Part shown: piece after piece, positions 9,463-17,477 of the stretch | How the letters are laid out: each line of letters begins with the position of its first letter | Position numbering within the stretch: the stretch's first letter is position 1 | From: Rhodopirellula sp. | GTDB lineage: Bacteria; Planctomycetota; Planctomycetia; Pirellulales; Pirellulaceae | Reading direction: 5' to 3' | NCBI GenBank assembly: GCA_041740735.1 | Contig: JBGSLL010000058.1 | Coordinates: 17,783-81,782 of the forward strand | DNA length: 64,000 nt | Translations under genes and position numbers: made by a program | The notes under the pieces: model-generated | The model's input: only the letters and a program-made list of their open reading frames with translations | The model's database searches: none | Told to the model about the DNA's origin: nothing

Positions 9463-10749
9463 ATGAGAATCAGCAAACTCGCAATGGTGGCTATGATGGC
9501 CTGCGGCGTTAACGCAGCAGCGTACTCTGGCGCCCATGCAAACGAAATTAATCTTGTATCACACTGTGCCGAAAAAGGCTGTGATTGTGGTCAACCGACT
9601 TGTGGATGTGAATCCGAAGTACCCGCTTGTGACACCGACTGCCCAGCAGGTTGCGACAGCGGTTGCGAAGCGGGATGTGACGGGGGTTGTGACTCCTGTG
9701 GTTGCGGTCTCTTAGGGGATTGCAACCTTGGTGACCCGTGGCAACTCTTCGGAGAACGCGATGGTTGGTCGGCTGGAGGTTGGGCTCAATTGGGTTATCA
9801 CACCAAGGCCCTTCCACTGTTCAACAGCCGCCCTGACGAAGTTCAACTTCAACAGGCTTGGTTGTATGCTCAGAAGGCCATCGACACAACCGACGGATTC
9901 GATCTCGGTGGACGGATCGATTACGTTTATGGAACCGACGGTCCCGATACCCAAGCGTTCGGTCTTTCGAACGATCATTGGGACAACGGCTGGGAACACG
10001 GAGCCGATTACGGGCAAGCGATTCCACAACTTTACGGCGAAGCGGGTTACGGGGATTTGTCCGTGAAGTTCGGTCACTTCTACACCATCATCGGATGGGA
10101 AGTGGTTCAAGCGACCGGTAACTTCTTCTACAGCCATGCCTATACGATGTACAACAGCGAGCCGTTTACGCACACCGGTGCACTCGCAACGTACAATGCG
10201 TCGGATGACTTGACCGTCTACGGTGGCTACGTTCTGGGATGGGACAGCGGATTCGAAGACAACGGCGATGCGTTCCTCGGTGGAGCCTCGATGGCGTTGA
10301 CAGAAGATTTGAAAGTCACTTACGCAACCGTCTTTGGACGCTTCGGTAAAGAGACCGGAGAACGAGGTTACATGCAATCGGTCGTTGCCGACTACGCGGC
10401 GTCCGACAATCTTCAGTACATCTTCCAAACCGACTGGTTGGACACAGAAGATGCTGCTGGCGATGACTTCCGTAAGACCTTCGACATCAATCAATACTTG
10501 ATCTACACGATCAACGATTGCTGGGCAGCAGGCACTCGTTTCGAATGGTACAACGCCGATACCGGTGTCTACAACGGAGACAACGATATCTATGCACTCA
10601 CAGCCGGTGTGAACTACAAACCACACGCTAACGTAACCATTCGTCCCGAAATTCGTCACGACTGGGTCTTTGGTGATTCAACTGAGATCCTCGAAAACGA
10701 CAGCGACAGTCAAACTACGTTCGGTATCGATTCGATCTTCACTTTTTAA
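9463..10749 (+). CDS. outer-membrane beta-barrel (porin-like) protein with a cysteine-rich N-terminal module
   Basis: Signal peptide ending AHA-NE. There are 14 Cys between residues 35 and 87. The body is Gly/Tyr/Asp-rich with alternating residues. The C-terminus IDSIFTF carries the terminal aromatic residue typical of OMPs. Confidence 0.65.
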   Translation: MRISKLAMVAMMACGVNAAAYSGAHANEINLVSHCAEKGCDCGQPTCGCESEVPACDTDCPAGCDSGCEAGCDGGCDSCGCGLLGDCNLGDPWQLFGERDGWSAGGWAQLGYHTKALPLFNSRPDEVQLQQAWLYAQKAIDTTDGFDLGGRIDYVYGTDGPDTQAFGLSNDHWDNGWEHGADYGQAIPQLYGEAGYGDLSVKFGHFYTIIGWEVVQATGNFFYSHAYTMYNSEPFTHTGALATYNASDDLTVYGGYVLGWDSGFEDNGDAFLGGASMALTEDLKVTYATVFGRFGKETGERGYMQSVVADYAASDNLQYIFQTDWLDTEDAAGDDFRKTFDINQYLIYTINDCWAAGTRFEWYNADTGVYNGDNDIYALTAGVNYKPHANVTIRPEIRHDWVFGDSTEILENDSDSQTTFGIDSIFTF

Positions 10750-10788
10750 AGTGTGACTTCGATTCCGAGAACCTATTCGCATCTCGAA

Positions 10789-10828
10789 GCCTGGTTGCTT
10801 TTTCAAAAAAAGCAGCCGGGCTTTTTTC
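10789..10828 (+). terminator. rho-independent terminator candidate after the porin-like gene
   Basis: GCCTGGTTGCT / AGCAGCCGGGC stem (two G-U pairs) with an A/T-rich loop, followed by TTTTTT. Confidence 0.5.
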
Positions 10829-10848
10829 GTCTGAAGAAACCGTCCCCG

Positions 10849-11340
10849 CTACGAAGGCGGATTCGCTTGTTCGGCGTATACCCGAAGCTGCTCGATCAAT
10901 CTCGCAAGCTCTGCTGCAGCCGTGGGAAGGATCGTCTCGCAGTGTTCGTTCACGTCAGCCATCGGACCAGCCAAGTCGTCACAGACTTTCGTGACCTGAA
11001 TCGCCCAAGACCGAAGCTGTCTTCGTTTGTCTTCACAAAGCCGTAAGCGACGTTCGGCCTTTTGCACCCGCGCAAACGCCTCGGTCGCCGAAGGCCGATC
11101 CTCGGGGCGAATCGCAGCACGTTTCGTCGCGAGGTTGTCTTTCGCTTCGGTCAGCTCTCTCTCGGCCAATTGCTGCTGGTGTCGCCAATACGTGGGCATT
11201 GTTTGATCAAAATGCTCGCGCGCACGATACACCATCACGCGAAGCTCTTGAAGCGTTTTGTCCCATTCACTGGACAAACGAATCATCCCACCATGAAGCG
11301 CTGCAAGCGAGTCTATGTTGCGCACATTGCTTGTCGACAT
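10849..11340 (-). CDS. hypothetical all-helical protein, paralogue-like partner of the upstream WXG100-like ORF
   Basis: 163 aa, strongly helical and charged. It contains TYWRHQQQLAEREL, which parallels QTWRDEQQRKFAEEF of the 89-aa ORF that ends 3 nt upstream. Confidence 0.55.
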   Translation of the reverse strand: MSTSNVRNIDSLAALHGGMIRLSSEWDKTLQELRVMVYRAREHFDQTMPTYWRHQQQLAERELTEAKDNLATKRAAIRPEDRPSATEAFARVQKAERRLRLCEDKRRQLRSWAIQVTKVCDDLAGPMADVNEHCETILPTAAAELARLIEQLRVYAEQANPPS

Positions 11341-11343
11341 AGT

Positions 11344-11613
11344 CTATTTACCCAAGTAAGCATCAATCTGTTCGGCTTTCCGCATCAAGTACGGAACGTG
11401 TTGCTCGGTCGCTTGGATCAACCGAGTCAGTTGACGCATTTGTGTCGTGAACTCTTCAGCAAATTTACGCTGCTGTTCGTCCCTCCAAGTCTGTTCCAGT
11501 TGATTCATCTGCGAGGCAAGTCCCGTCGAACGCTGCTTGAGCTCTTCGGAGAACCGATGGAGATGAGCAGCGAACTGACGCAATTGTTCAGGGTCGACGA
11601 CCGCTTGATTCAT
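11344..11613 (-). CDS. small helical-hairpin protein, WXG100/ESAT-6-like (non-canonical W-R-D)
   Basis: 89 aa. The N-terminal VDPEQLRQFA, Trp at residue 43 and following F-x-x-x-F fit the WXG100 pattern (compare YukE and EsxA W43, recalled). The Gly of W-x-G is missing. Confidence 0.55.
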   Translation of the reverse strand: MNQAVVDPEQLRQFAAHLHRFSEELKQRSTGLASQMNQLEQTWRDEQQRKFAEEFTTQMRQLTRLIQATEQHVPYLMRKAEQIDAYLGK

Positions 11614-11690
11614 GATAGAGGAATCCGTATGAAGGAGAAAGAATTGACGATTTCATGGAAGGGAGCCGCAAGCAATGGTTCGCTTAGGCT

Positions 11691-12602
11691 CTATCGCGAT
11701 GCAGTCGACTGCTTCGCAATATCCTGTTCCACTTGCTTGAGTTGACGGGTGTAGTGCTCTAACGTTAACTCGATCCCAAGCCTCTCCGCAGTTTCGCACA
11801 GTAAGCGAAGTGCCGCTTGTCGAATCGGAAGAGGGGCTACCACCGCACGGCGTAGCCCCGCTGCACGCAGTGCCGTCATCGCTTCGACGTCCCGACCGAG
11901 ACTTAGCAAACATTTTCCCTTGAGCAAATTGGCTTGCGGTGAAAATTCGTCGAACTTGATGAGTTCTTCGAGTTCCTTAACTGCTAAGTCATGCTGCTCC
12001 GAGTCGATGTAAGCTTCTGCGAGCACGAGCCGGAGATTTTGTAGGGAAGGGTCTCGGGCAAGCCGATTTTTGCAAACTTCAATTCTTCGAAATGCCCAAT
12101 CTTCACGGCTCCGTTTAACCTCGCGGTCCATCTCTTTGGTTCGGAGCTTGCCCGCCAATTCGCTGACTTCACGATACTGTTGAAGGGAGCGAGCGAGTGT
12201 CGCTTCTTCGAGTTCCCACTTCAAAGACTTCTCATCCGGAAATAGGCGAACGGCTTCGGTCAATACGCGTTTCGCTTCAGCCGGTCGATTCTCCTTCCGA
12301 TAAATCGTCGCTAATTCTTGGTAAGCGCCCATGTCCGTGGGACAGGACTTCAGCAGATGCTCAAGTTCTTGTCGCCGTTCCCGAATCAGTTTGGGGTTGA
12401 TCGGAGGAAGTGCATCGGGATCAACAATGGGTGCATTCTTGAGCAACAACTCCTCTGGGCGAACCGGTCGCCACTGGCCCCCGTTCGTCGAGCTCAACTC
12501 AGAAGTTGGTGCAGATCGCTTGGAGGCTTCACGCTTTGCGTCGTTCGCGGAAGAGGGCTGCGACGAGTTCGCCGATTCGGAAGACTCGTTCGTGGTAGAC
12601 AT
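11691..12602 (-). CDS. TPR-repeat protein
   Basis: Repeated helix-turn-helix units (YQELATIYRKENRPAEAKRVLTEAVRLFP; LVLAEAYIDSEQHDLAVKELEELI; LLKGKCLLSLGRDVEAMTALRAA). Start placed at the ATG at 12602 (MSTTNESS). The longest ORF reaches 12806 and would overlap the J-protein gene by 37 nt. Confidence 0.6.
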   Translation of the reverse strand: MSTTNESSESANSSQPSSANDAKREASKRSAPTSELSSTNGGQWRPVRPEELLLKNAPIVDPDALPPINPKLIRERRQELEHLLKSCPTDMGAYQELATIYRKENRPAEAKRVLTEAVRLFPDEKSLKWELEEATLARSLQQYREVSELAGKLRTKEMDREVKRSREDWAFRRIEVCKNRLARDPSLQNLRLVLAEAYIDSEQHDLAVKELEELIKFDEFSPQANLLKGKCLLSLGRDVEAMTALRAAGLRRAVVAPLPIRQAALRLLCETAERLGIELTLEHYTRQLKQVEQDIAKQSTASR

Positions 12603-12769
12603 GCCGACAAGAAGCCCAAGGTGATAGCGCGGAAAGGAAATGACAACTCTGCTATTGTGATCGATCCTAAGGCCAAGAGCAACTCTATCTGAACGAGTAA
12701 GATTCCGGCCCGCCATTGACCATAATAGGTGATCAATCACTTGCGAGAGGTTTAAGCTATCACTGCGAG

Positions 12770-14395
12770 CTAGCGAATCACCGTTTGCAGTGCCGCGAAA
12801 AGACATAACCCACCATCAAGTCGCATGAAATGGTGGATGATGTTCGTCAAATCAGAACGATTGATATTCGCACAAATTGCTGCAATTCGCGACGCATGGA
12901 CATCAATCGTCTCGGGACTCGACTTAACATAACGAAACAATCGAGATCTCCACTTTTCTCCATAAGAAGCAAGCATTCCCCTTCTCATCGCATTTTCTTG
13001 ACGGGGCTGAAGAAACTTAGGATACAAATAGCCATAAAAACTCCATAACAACCCTGCAAAAAGGGAAATGATTCCGATTCCAAAGAAGAGCCCAACTGCA
13101 TCGCCTGTTAATGAAAAGGACGTCATCACAAGCAGTAAGCATCCGAGTGTTGTGCCACATAATAACCACAAAACAAGCGGATAGGTTTTGTAATGAGACT
13201 CCGTGCGTCCAGCGGCTGATGTTACCTCCACCGCAGTCGGTTCTAGATCGCGGATCAAATGCATCGTTTGCACAGCAATCCTCTCCATCGGAACGGTGTT
13301 CGATTCCATCTCGAATGCTTCAACCTGTTGCACCAGCTTATAAACGACCGAGACCCAGATGCGGTCTTCCTCTTCATTGCCAAGCGGAAAAGCCCGTTGT
13401 ACACCGCTTGCATCGCGGGCGATCTCCGCGAGCAGATCGACGATCTTCGATAATGAGGCTCCGGTCTCCGCTTGACAAGCCAGTCGCAATGCCTTGAGCA
13501 GCTTTTCACGGATGGGATCTCTTAAAGGTGACGACGCTCGTAGTTTTAGAAGTTGGCGGATCTCAGCGACGAACTCAAGATCGTTTTGACGCGCGATGTC
13601 CAACTCAATCGAATGCGATTCTAAATCCGAGAGCATCGCATCAATCCATTGCGGCGGTGCCACCCAAACCGCAGATTGCAAAAGTCGCAAACAAAAAGTC
13701 GCTCGCATGACCGGATCCGTCTGATGAATCGATTGTTCACAGCGTTGAAGCAGCAATGCAAATCGACCAAATGGAATCTTCTTGACCAATCGTAACCAAA
13801 CCGGCTCTGTGAGCATGTAGAATACTGGTGATCGCAACTCTTTCGCTACAAACTCGACCGTTCGCTCGTCGCTTGCATCGGACGCCCCCCCTCGCAAGTA
13901 TTCCGTAGCAAGCATCGTCAATCCCGGATCTGAGGGAAATGCTACCAATCCCTCAATGAGTCGCCCCAAGTATTTTGCCGTCGGTTTCCCTTCGGTCGCA
14001 TCCGCCAATACAGCAGCCAAATAGTAATCGGGCGGAGTGCGACGTACTTGAGTCCGCAATCTCGCAGCGGCTGCCGAAGGATCGATCAAAGCGAGTTCGC
14101 TCAGTGTTCGCTCTCGCTTTATTTCAGAAGGTTCAGCCGGAGTGGTCTTTACAGGAACCGAATTCGTCCAAGTGTCCGCTGCGATTGAGAGTTCTTGTTG
14201 GCGGCTGCCGTAACGAAGCTGCTTTTCCAATTGTTCGTAGGCGTCGCGAACACGTCGAAACTCATCAGGATGCGTTTCCGGCTTGTATTGGCGAATCGCG
14301 ACGCCATACGCCCGCTTCAAATCACGCCGATCGTAACCCTGCTCCAATACGAAAAATCCAACCGGATCATGCGGCAACAAACGCAAATCGCTCAC
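12770..14395 (-). CDS. membrane-anchored J-domain (DnaJ-like, DjlC-like) co-chaperone
   Basis: N-terminal J domain DLKRAYGVAIRQYKPETHPDEFRRVRDAYEQL with an intact HPD. Long helical middle. Two adjacent TM helices (PLVLWLLCGTTLGCLLLVMTSF; GLFFGIGIISLFAGLLWSFYGYL). GTG start overlaps the upstream stop (GTGA). Confidence 0.8.
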   Translation of the reverse strand: MSDLRLLPHDPVGFFVLEQGYDRRDLKRAYGVAIRQYKPETHPDEFRRVRDAYEQLEKQLRYGSRQQELSIAADTWTNSVPVKTTPAEPSEIKRERTLSELALIDPSAAAARLRTQVRRTPPDYYLAAVLADATEGKPTAKYLGRLIEGLVAFPSDPGLTMLATEYLRGGASDASDERTVEFVAKELRSPVFYMLTEPVWLRLVKKIPFGRFALLLQRCEQSIHQTDPVMRATFCLRLLQSAVWVAPPQWIDAMLSDLESHSIELDIARQNDLEFVAEIRQLLKLRASSPLRDPIREKLLKALRLACQAETGASLSKIVDLLAEIARDASGVQRAFPLGNEEEDRIWVSVVYKLVQQVEAFEMESNTVPMERIAVQTMHLIRDLEPTAVEVTSAAGRTESHYKTYPLVLWLLCGTTLGCLLLVMTSFSLTGDAVGLFFGIGIISLFAGLLWSFYGYLYPKFLQPRQENAMRRGMLASYGEKWRSRLFRYVKSSPETIDVHASRIAAICANINRSDLTNIIHHFMRLDGGLCLFAALQTVIR

Positions 14396-15585
14396 GGAAA
14401 TCCACCTGGCATTGCTCCCGATCGCGGAAAATTCGGTGGCGAAAAACTCGGTCGCGGTGTGGAAGAGCTCGGCGAGAAACTGGGGGGTGTGAAACGAGGC
14501 GGAGCGTAATAGGGAGGCAGAACCTCAATCGGTTTTTGTATCTCTTTTATCCGATCCATGATTTCTTGATGCGATCGGTTTCGCCTTTCTCGAATTTCAC
14601 GCATCAATTCCTCGTGCCGCTCGGAAGCCGTTCGATCGAGATTCAACGATCCCCTTTCCATTGAGCTGCGGAAATGGGGCGGTAGCTCGTTTGCAATTCC
14701 GCCAGATGGTATTGCGCCAGTTGGCATTGAATCGGGCATCTTCAAGGCAGGTACCACCGGTGGCTGTGGAACCGTTGGTACTTGATACACTGGCGGGCGA
14801 ACCGGTTGTTGTGCAGGATACGAACTTTGGTAAGGAGGGTTGCGCGGCGATCGATTACTGGCTCGCGACAGCGGTACGATGATGCTTGCCGCAATGAACA
14901 TAGCAATTCCAACCAATTTCATGCCGGAGAGGGAACTTACTGAAAATGCATTTCCCTGGGACCACCGTTTTCGGTTCGCCGGATCGAGAAACAAGTCAAA
15001 CCAATCGCGTTCCAATTCATAGATTCGAGGGTGCCGCTCAACGAAACTCGCAATCATTTGGCAGCTTGAATGGACGCGGTTCTCTGCGATGATGGCCTCA
15101 ATGTACTGTTCTTTGAGAGAACCGGACTGAGCCGCTGAACCGATCACTCCTTGTTGCAATGAGTAAGCGAATTTCACATCGCCCGTTTCTCTTTCAATGC
15201 CGAGTAGTTCGTTGCGACACTTTGCCACTTCCGAAAATCGTTTGGCCCGAGCTGCAAATTCGGGAAGCCGATCGTTTCGCAGGAATCGCAAATGCTCGCG
15301 GAGTTTGTCTTCGGGCAACTGATAAAACTCTAACTGCACGATTTGCAAACAACGACTGGCTCGCTCTTGCAATCGTGCTTCAACTTGCGGATCCATTGGA
15401 GCTTTCGCCGACACTCCCTCCTGAGTCGAGCGAGGGAGAGAACCTGACCATAGTTCGTTACGGCGACGAATGATTTGAGCTGATTGCCACATCGGATTGA
15501 GTTCTAACATTTCACGAATGTACGCCTTCACGATCGTCGAATCGAGCGACGGTGAGTGTTTCGCATCGTGTTGGGTTTCTCTCAC
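14392..15585 (-). CDS. hypothetical single-pass membrane protein with a proline-rich C-terminal region
   Basis: ~220-aa helical N-terminal domain, one TM (LVGIAMFIAASIIVPL), then Pro-rich low complexity (PPYQSSYPAQQPVRPPVYQVPTVPQPPVVP; PPRFTPPSFSPSSSTPRPSFSPPNFP). GTG start overlaps the Hsp70 stop (GTGA). Confidence 0.6.
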   Translation of the reverse strand: MRETQHDAKHSPSLDSTIVKAYIREMLELNPMWQSAQIIRRRNELWSGSLPRSTQEGVSAKAPMDPQVEARLQERASRCLQIVQLEFYQLPEDKLREHLRFLRNDRLPEFAARAKRFSEVAKCRNELLGIERETGDVKFAYSLQQGVIGSAAQSGSLKEQYIEAIIAENRVHSSCQMIASFVERHPRIYELERDWFDLFLDPANRKRWSQGNAFSVSSLSGMKLVGIAMFIAASIIVPLSRASNRSPRNPPYQSSYPAQQPVRPPVYQVPTVPQPPVVPALKMPDSMPTGAIPSGGIANELPPHFRSSMERGSLNLDRTASERHEELMREIRERRNRSHQEIMDRIKEIQKPIEVLPPYYAPPRFTPPSFSPSSSTPRPSFSPPNFPRSGAMPGGFP

Positions 15586-17477
15586 GAGCGTTCTCCATTA
15601 GGATCTAGTCCGAGCGCCGACAAACAGAGGAGCAGGTACTGTTGGGCCGCAGCAAATTCGGTTCGATCCGCACGGTTCATTGCTGCTTCGTAAGCATCGA
15701 GCGCTCCGTCGAGTTGTTCTCGCTGAGTGGGGTGCAGTTCGCCGAGCATGCGTTCTGCAAACCTCGCCAATTGTTGATTCGCCAGATCTTCTCGCGGATA
15801 AAATTTCATCTCCTTGATTCGTTTTCGAGCGGCTTCGACCGCTTTGGGTGAAAGCCCCTTTACATGATTGGTGAGAACGGTGTGAAATTTCTTGCCGCCC
15901 GGCGCGTAAGCTTCGACTTCGAGCACACCGCTTAGGTCATAAGTAAAGCGAATGTAAAATGGACTCCCCGCTGGGCCCGGCGGCATCGAGCTGACTTCGA
16001 GTACACCGAGCAGTACGTTATCGGCAACCTTCCGGGCATCTCCTTGAAAAACTTTCACAGTAACCGACTGTTGGTTCGCCACCACAGTACTAAAAACCTG
16101 TTCGCGCGAGATAGGGATCGTGCTGTTGCGATGCAAAACAGGCGAAAAGTATCCATCCTGGATCTGGCCCCCGAGTTCGCGTACCACCTCGACCCCCATG
16201 GTAAAGGGGCAAACATCGGTCATTACCATGTCATCGACTGCAGCGTCTTCCCCAATTAACGCTGCTTGAATTGCAGCCCCAAGTGCGACGACTTCATCTG
16301 GGTTATACCGCATCACAGCTGGTTGACCAAAAAACTCTTGGACAAAAATTTGCAACATGTTCATCCGAGTTGCCCCTCCCACGAGAATGATTTCGTCAAT
16401 CTCGGTCGGCTTTAGCTCTGCATCACGAAGCGCACGAGCGATGGGGGATGCTACACGTTGCATCAGAGGGTTGCATAGCCTCGAAAACACCTTTCGATCG
16501 ATTCGAAACCGTTTTGGTTTGTCGCCAAAACGACCGTCAACATCGGGAACTCGAATCGATGCTTCTTCTTCGGTAGCGAGTGTCCGTTTGGCCGATTCAC
16601 ATTCGCTCCGCAAACGGGCGACTCTCAAGGGATCATTGAGTTCTGCTAGTTCGAGACGCGAGTTCTCTGCATTGAGCACTTCTGAAACGATTCGGTCAGT
16701 AAAATCTTCGCCCCCGAGTAGACTCTCACCCGCACTGGCTCGGATCTCAAGCGTCGATTCGAACACTTCCATTACGGTAACGTCAAACGTTCCGCCGCCG
16801 AGGTCAATCACTACGATGTTCTTTTCTTCTTTGCGATCATGGAAACCGTACATCAAAGCGGCAGCAGTTGGTTCGTTAATCATTCGCCGAACATGTAGCC
16901 CCGCCATTTCGCCCGCGATCCGAGTTGCTTGGCGAGCGTGATCATTAAAGTAGGCTGGTACCGTGATGACAGCGTTGGTGACATCGCAACCCAATGCGAG
17001 CGACGCATCGCTGCGTAGCGAACGAAGCACGAGACTACTCAACTCATGAGGTGTAAATTCTTTGGTCCCAAGCACAAAACGTCGATCTTGTCCCATGTAG
17101 CGTTTGAAACACCACACACAGGATTCGGGGTGGGTGACTCGCAATTCTTTCGCCGTTTGACCGACGACGACTTCCCCACTAGGAAGCACTCCCACTACGG
17201 ACGGTGTCATCACACTTCCGTGAGCATTGGGAATCAAGACTGGTTTGCCGTCATGAAAAACAGTGACGAGCGAATTGGTCGTGCCAAGGTCGATGCCAAT
17301 GCAAACATCTGAGTCGTATTGACCAGGCGTGAAAAGAGAAGGATCCATCGTCGCGCGTTCTTCAGAGCCCAAGAAGAGGGTAGAGTGACTTCGAAGGTAT
17401 TCTAGTGTCTCGCTACTGTCGCGTGTAGAGTGGACTACTTCGGGATGAGCGGCTGTCCTGGTTTGGGAACTCGCCAT
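15582..17477 (-). CDS. Hsp70-family chaperone, HscC-type (not DnaK)
   Basis: Contains IGIDLGTTNS, VITVPAYFND, INEPTAAAL, VIDLGGGTFDV and ILVGGATRM. The substrate-binding segment TDVCPFTMGVEV resembles E. coli HscC TDICPYSLGVEV. The C-terminal helical lid has no EEVD. The alternative ATG at 17348 (MDPSLFTPG) would remove the 43-nt overlap with the upstream ORF. Confidence 0.9.
   Translation of the reverse strand: MASSQTRTAAHPEVVHSTRDSSETLEYLRSHSTLFLGSEERATMDPSLFTPGQYDSDVCIGIDLGTTNSLVTVFHDGKPVLIPNAHGSVMTPSVVGVLPSGEVVVGQTAKELRVTHPESCVWCFKRYMGQDRRFVLGTKEFTPHELSSLVLRSLRSDASLALGCDVTNAVITVPAYFNDHARQATRIAGEMAGLHVRRMINEPTAAALMYGFHDRKEEKNIVVIDLGGGTFDVTVMEVFESTLEIRASAGESLLGGEDFTDRIVSEVLNAENSRLELAELNDPLRVARLRSECESAKRTLATEEEASIRVPDVDGRFGDKPKRFRIDRKVFSRLCNPLMQRVASPIARALRDAELKPTEIDEIILVGGATRMNMLQIFVQEFFGQPAVMRYNPDEVVALGAAIQAALIGEDAAVDDMVMTDVCPFTMGVEVVRELGGQIQDGYFSPVLHRNSTIPISREQVFSTVVANQQSVTVKVFQGDARKVADNVLLGVLEVSSMPPGPAGSPFYIRFTYDLSGVLEVEAYAPGGKKFHTVLTNHVKGLSPKAVEAARKRIKEMKFYPREDLANQQLARFAERMLGELHPTQREQLDGALDAYEAAMNRADRTEFAAAQQYLLLCLSALGLDPNGERS

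Noticed and set aside
10849-11613. Calling the two small helical proteins type VII secretion substrates.
   Set aside because: The W-x-G glycine is absent, and no EssC/EccC FtsK-like ATPase or other T7SS gene is in the window. Only fold-level resemblance is claimed.
15582-17477. Annotating the Hsp70 as the housekeeping DnaK.
   Set aside because: There is no adjacent grpE or dnaJ. The substrate-binding segment and overall length match HscC-type proteins rather than DnaK, and the gene is embedded among non-housekeeping genes.
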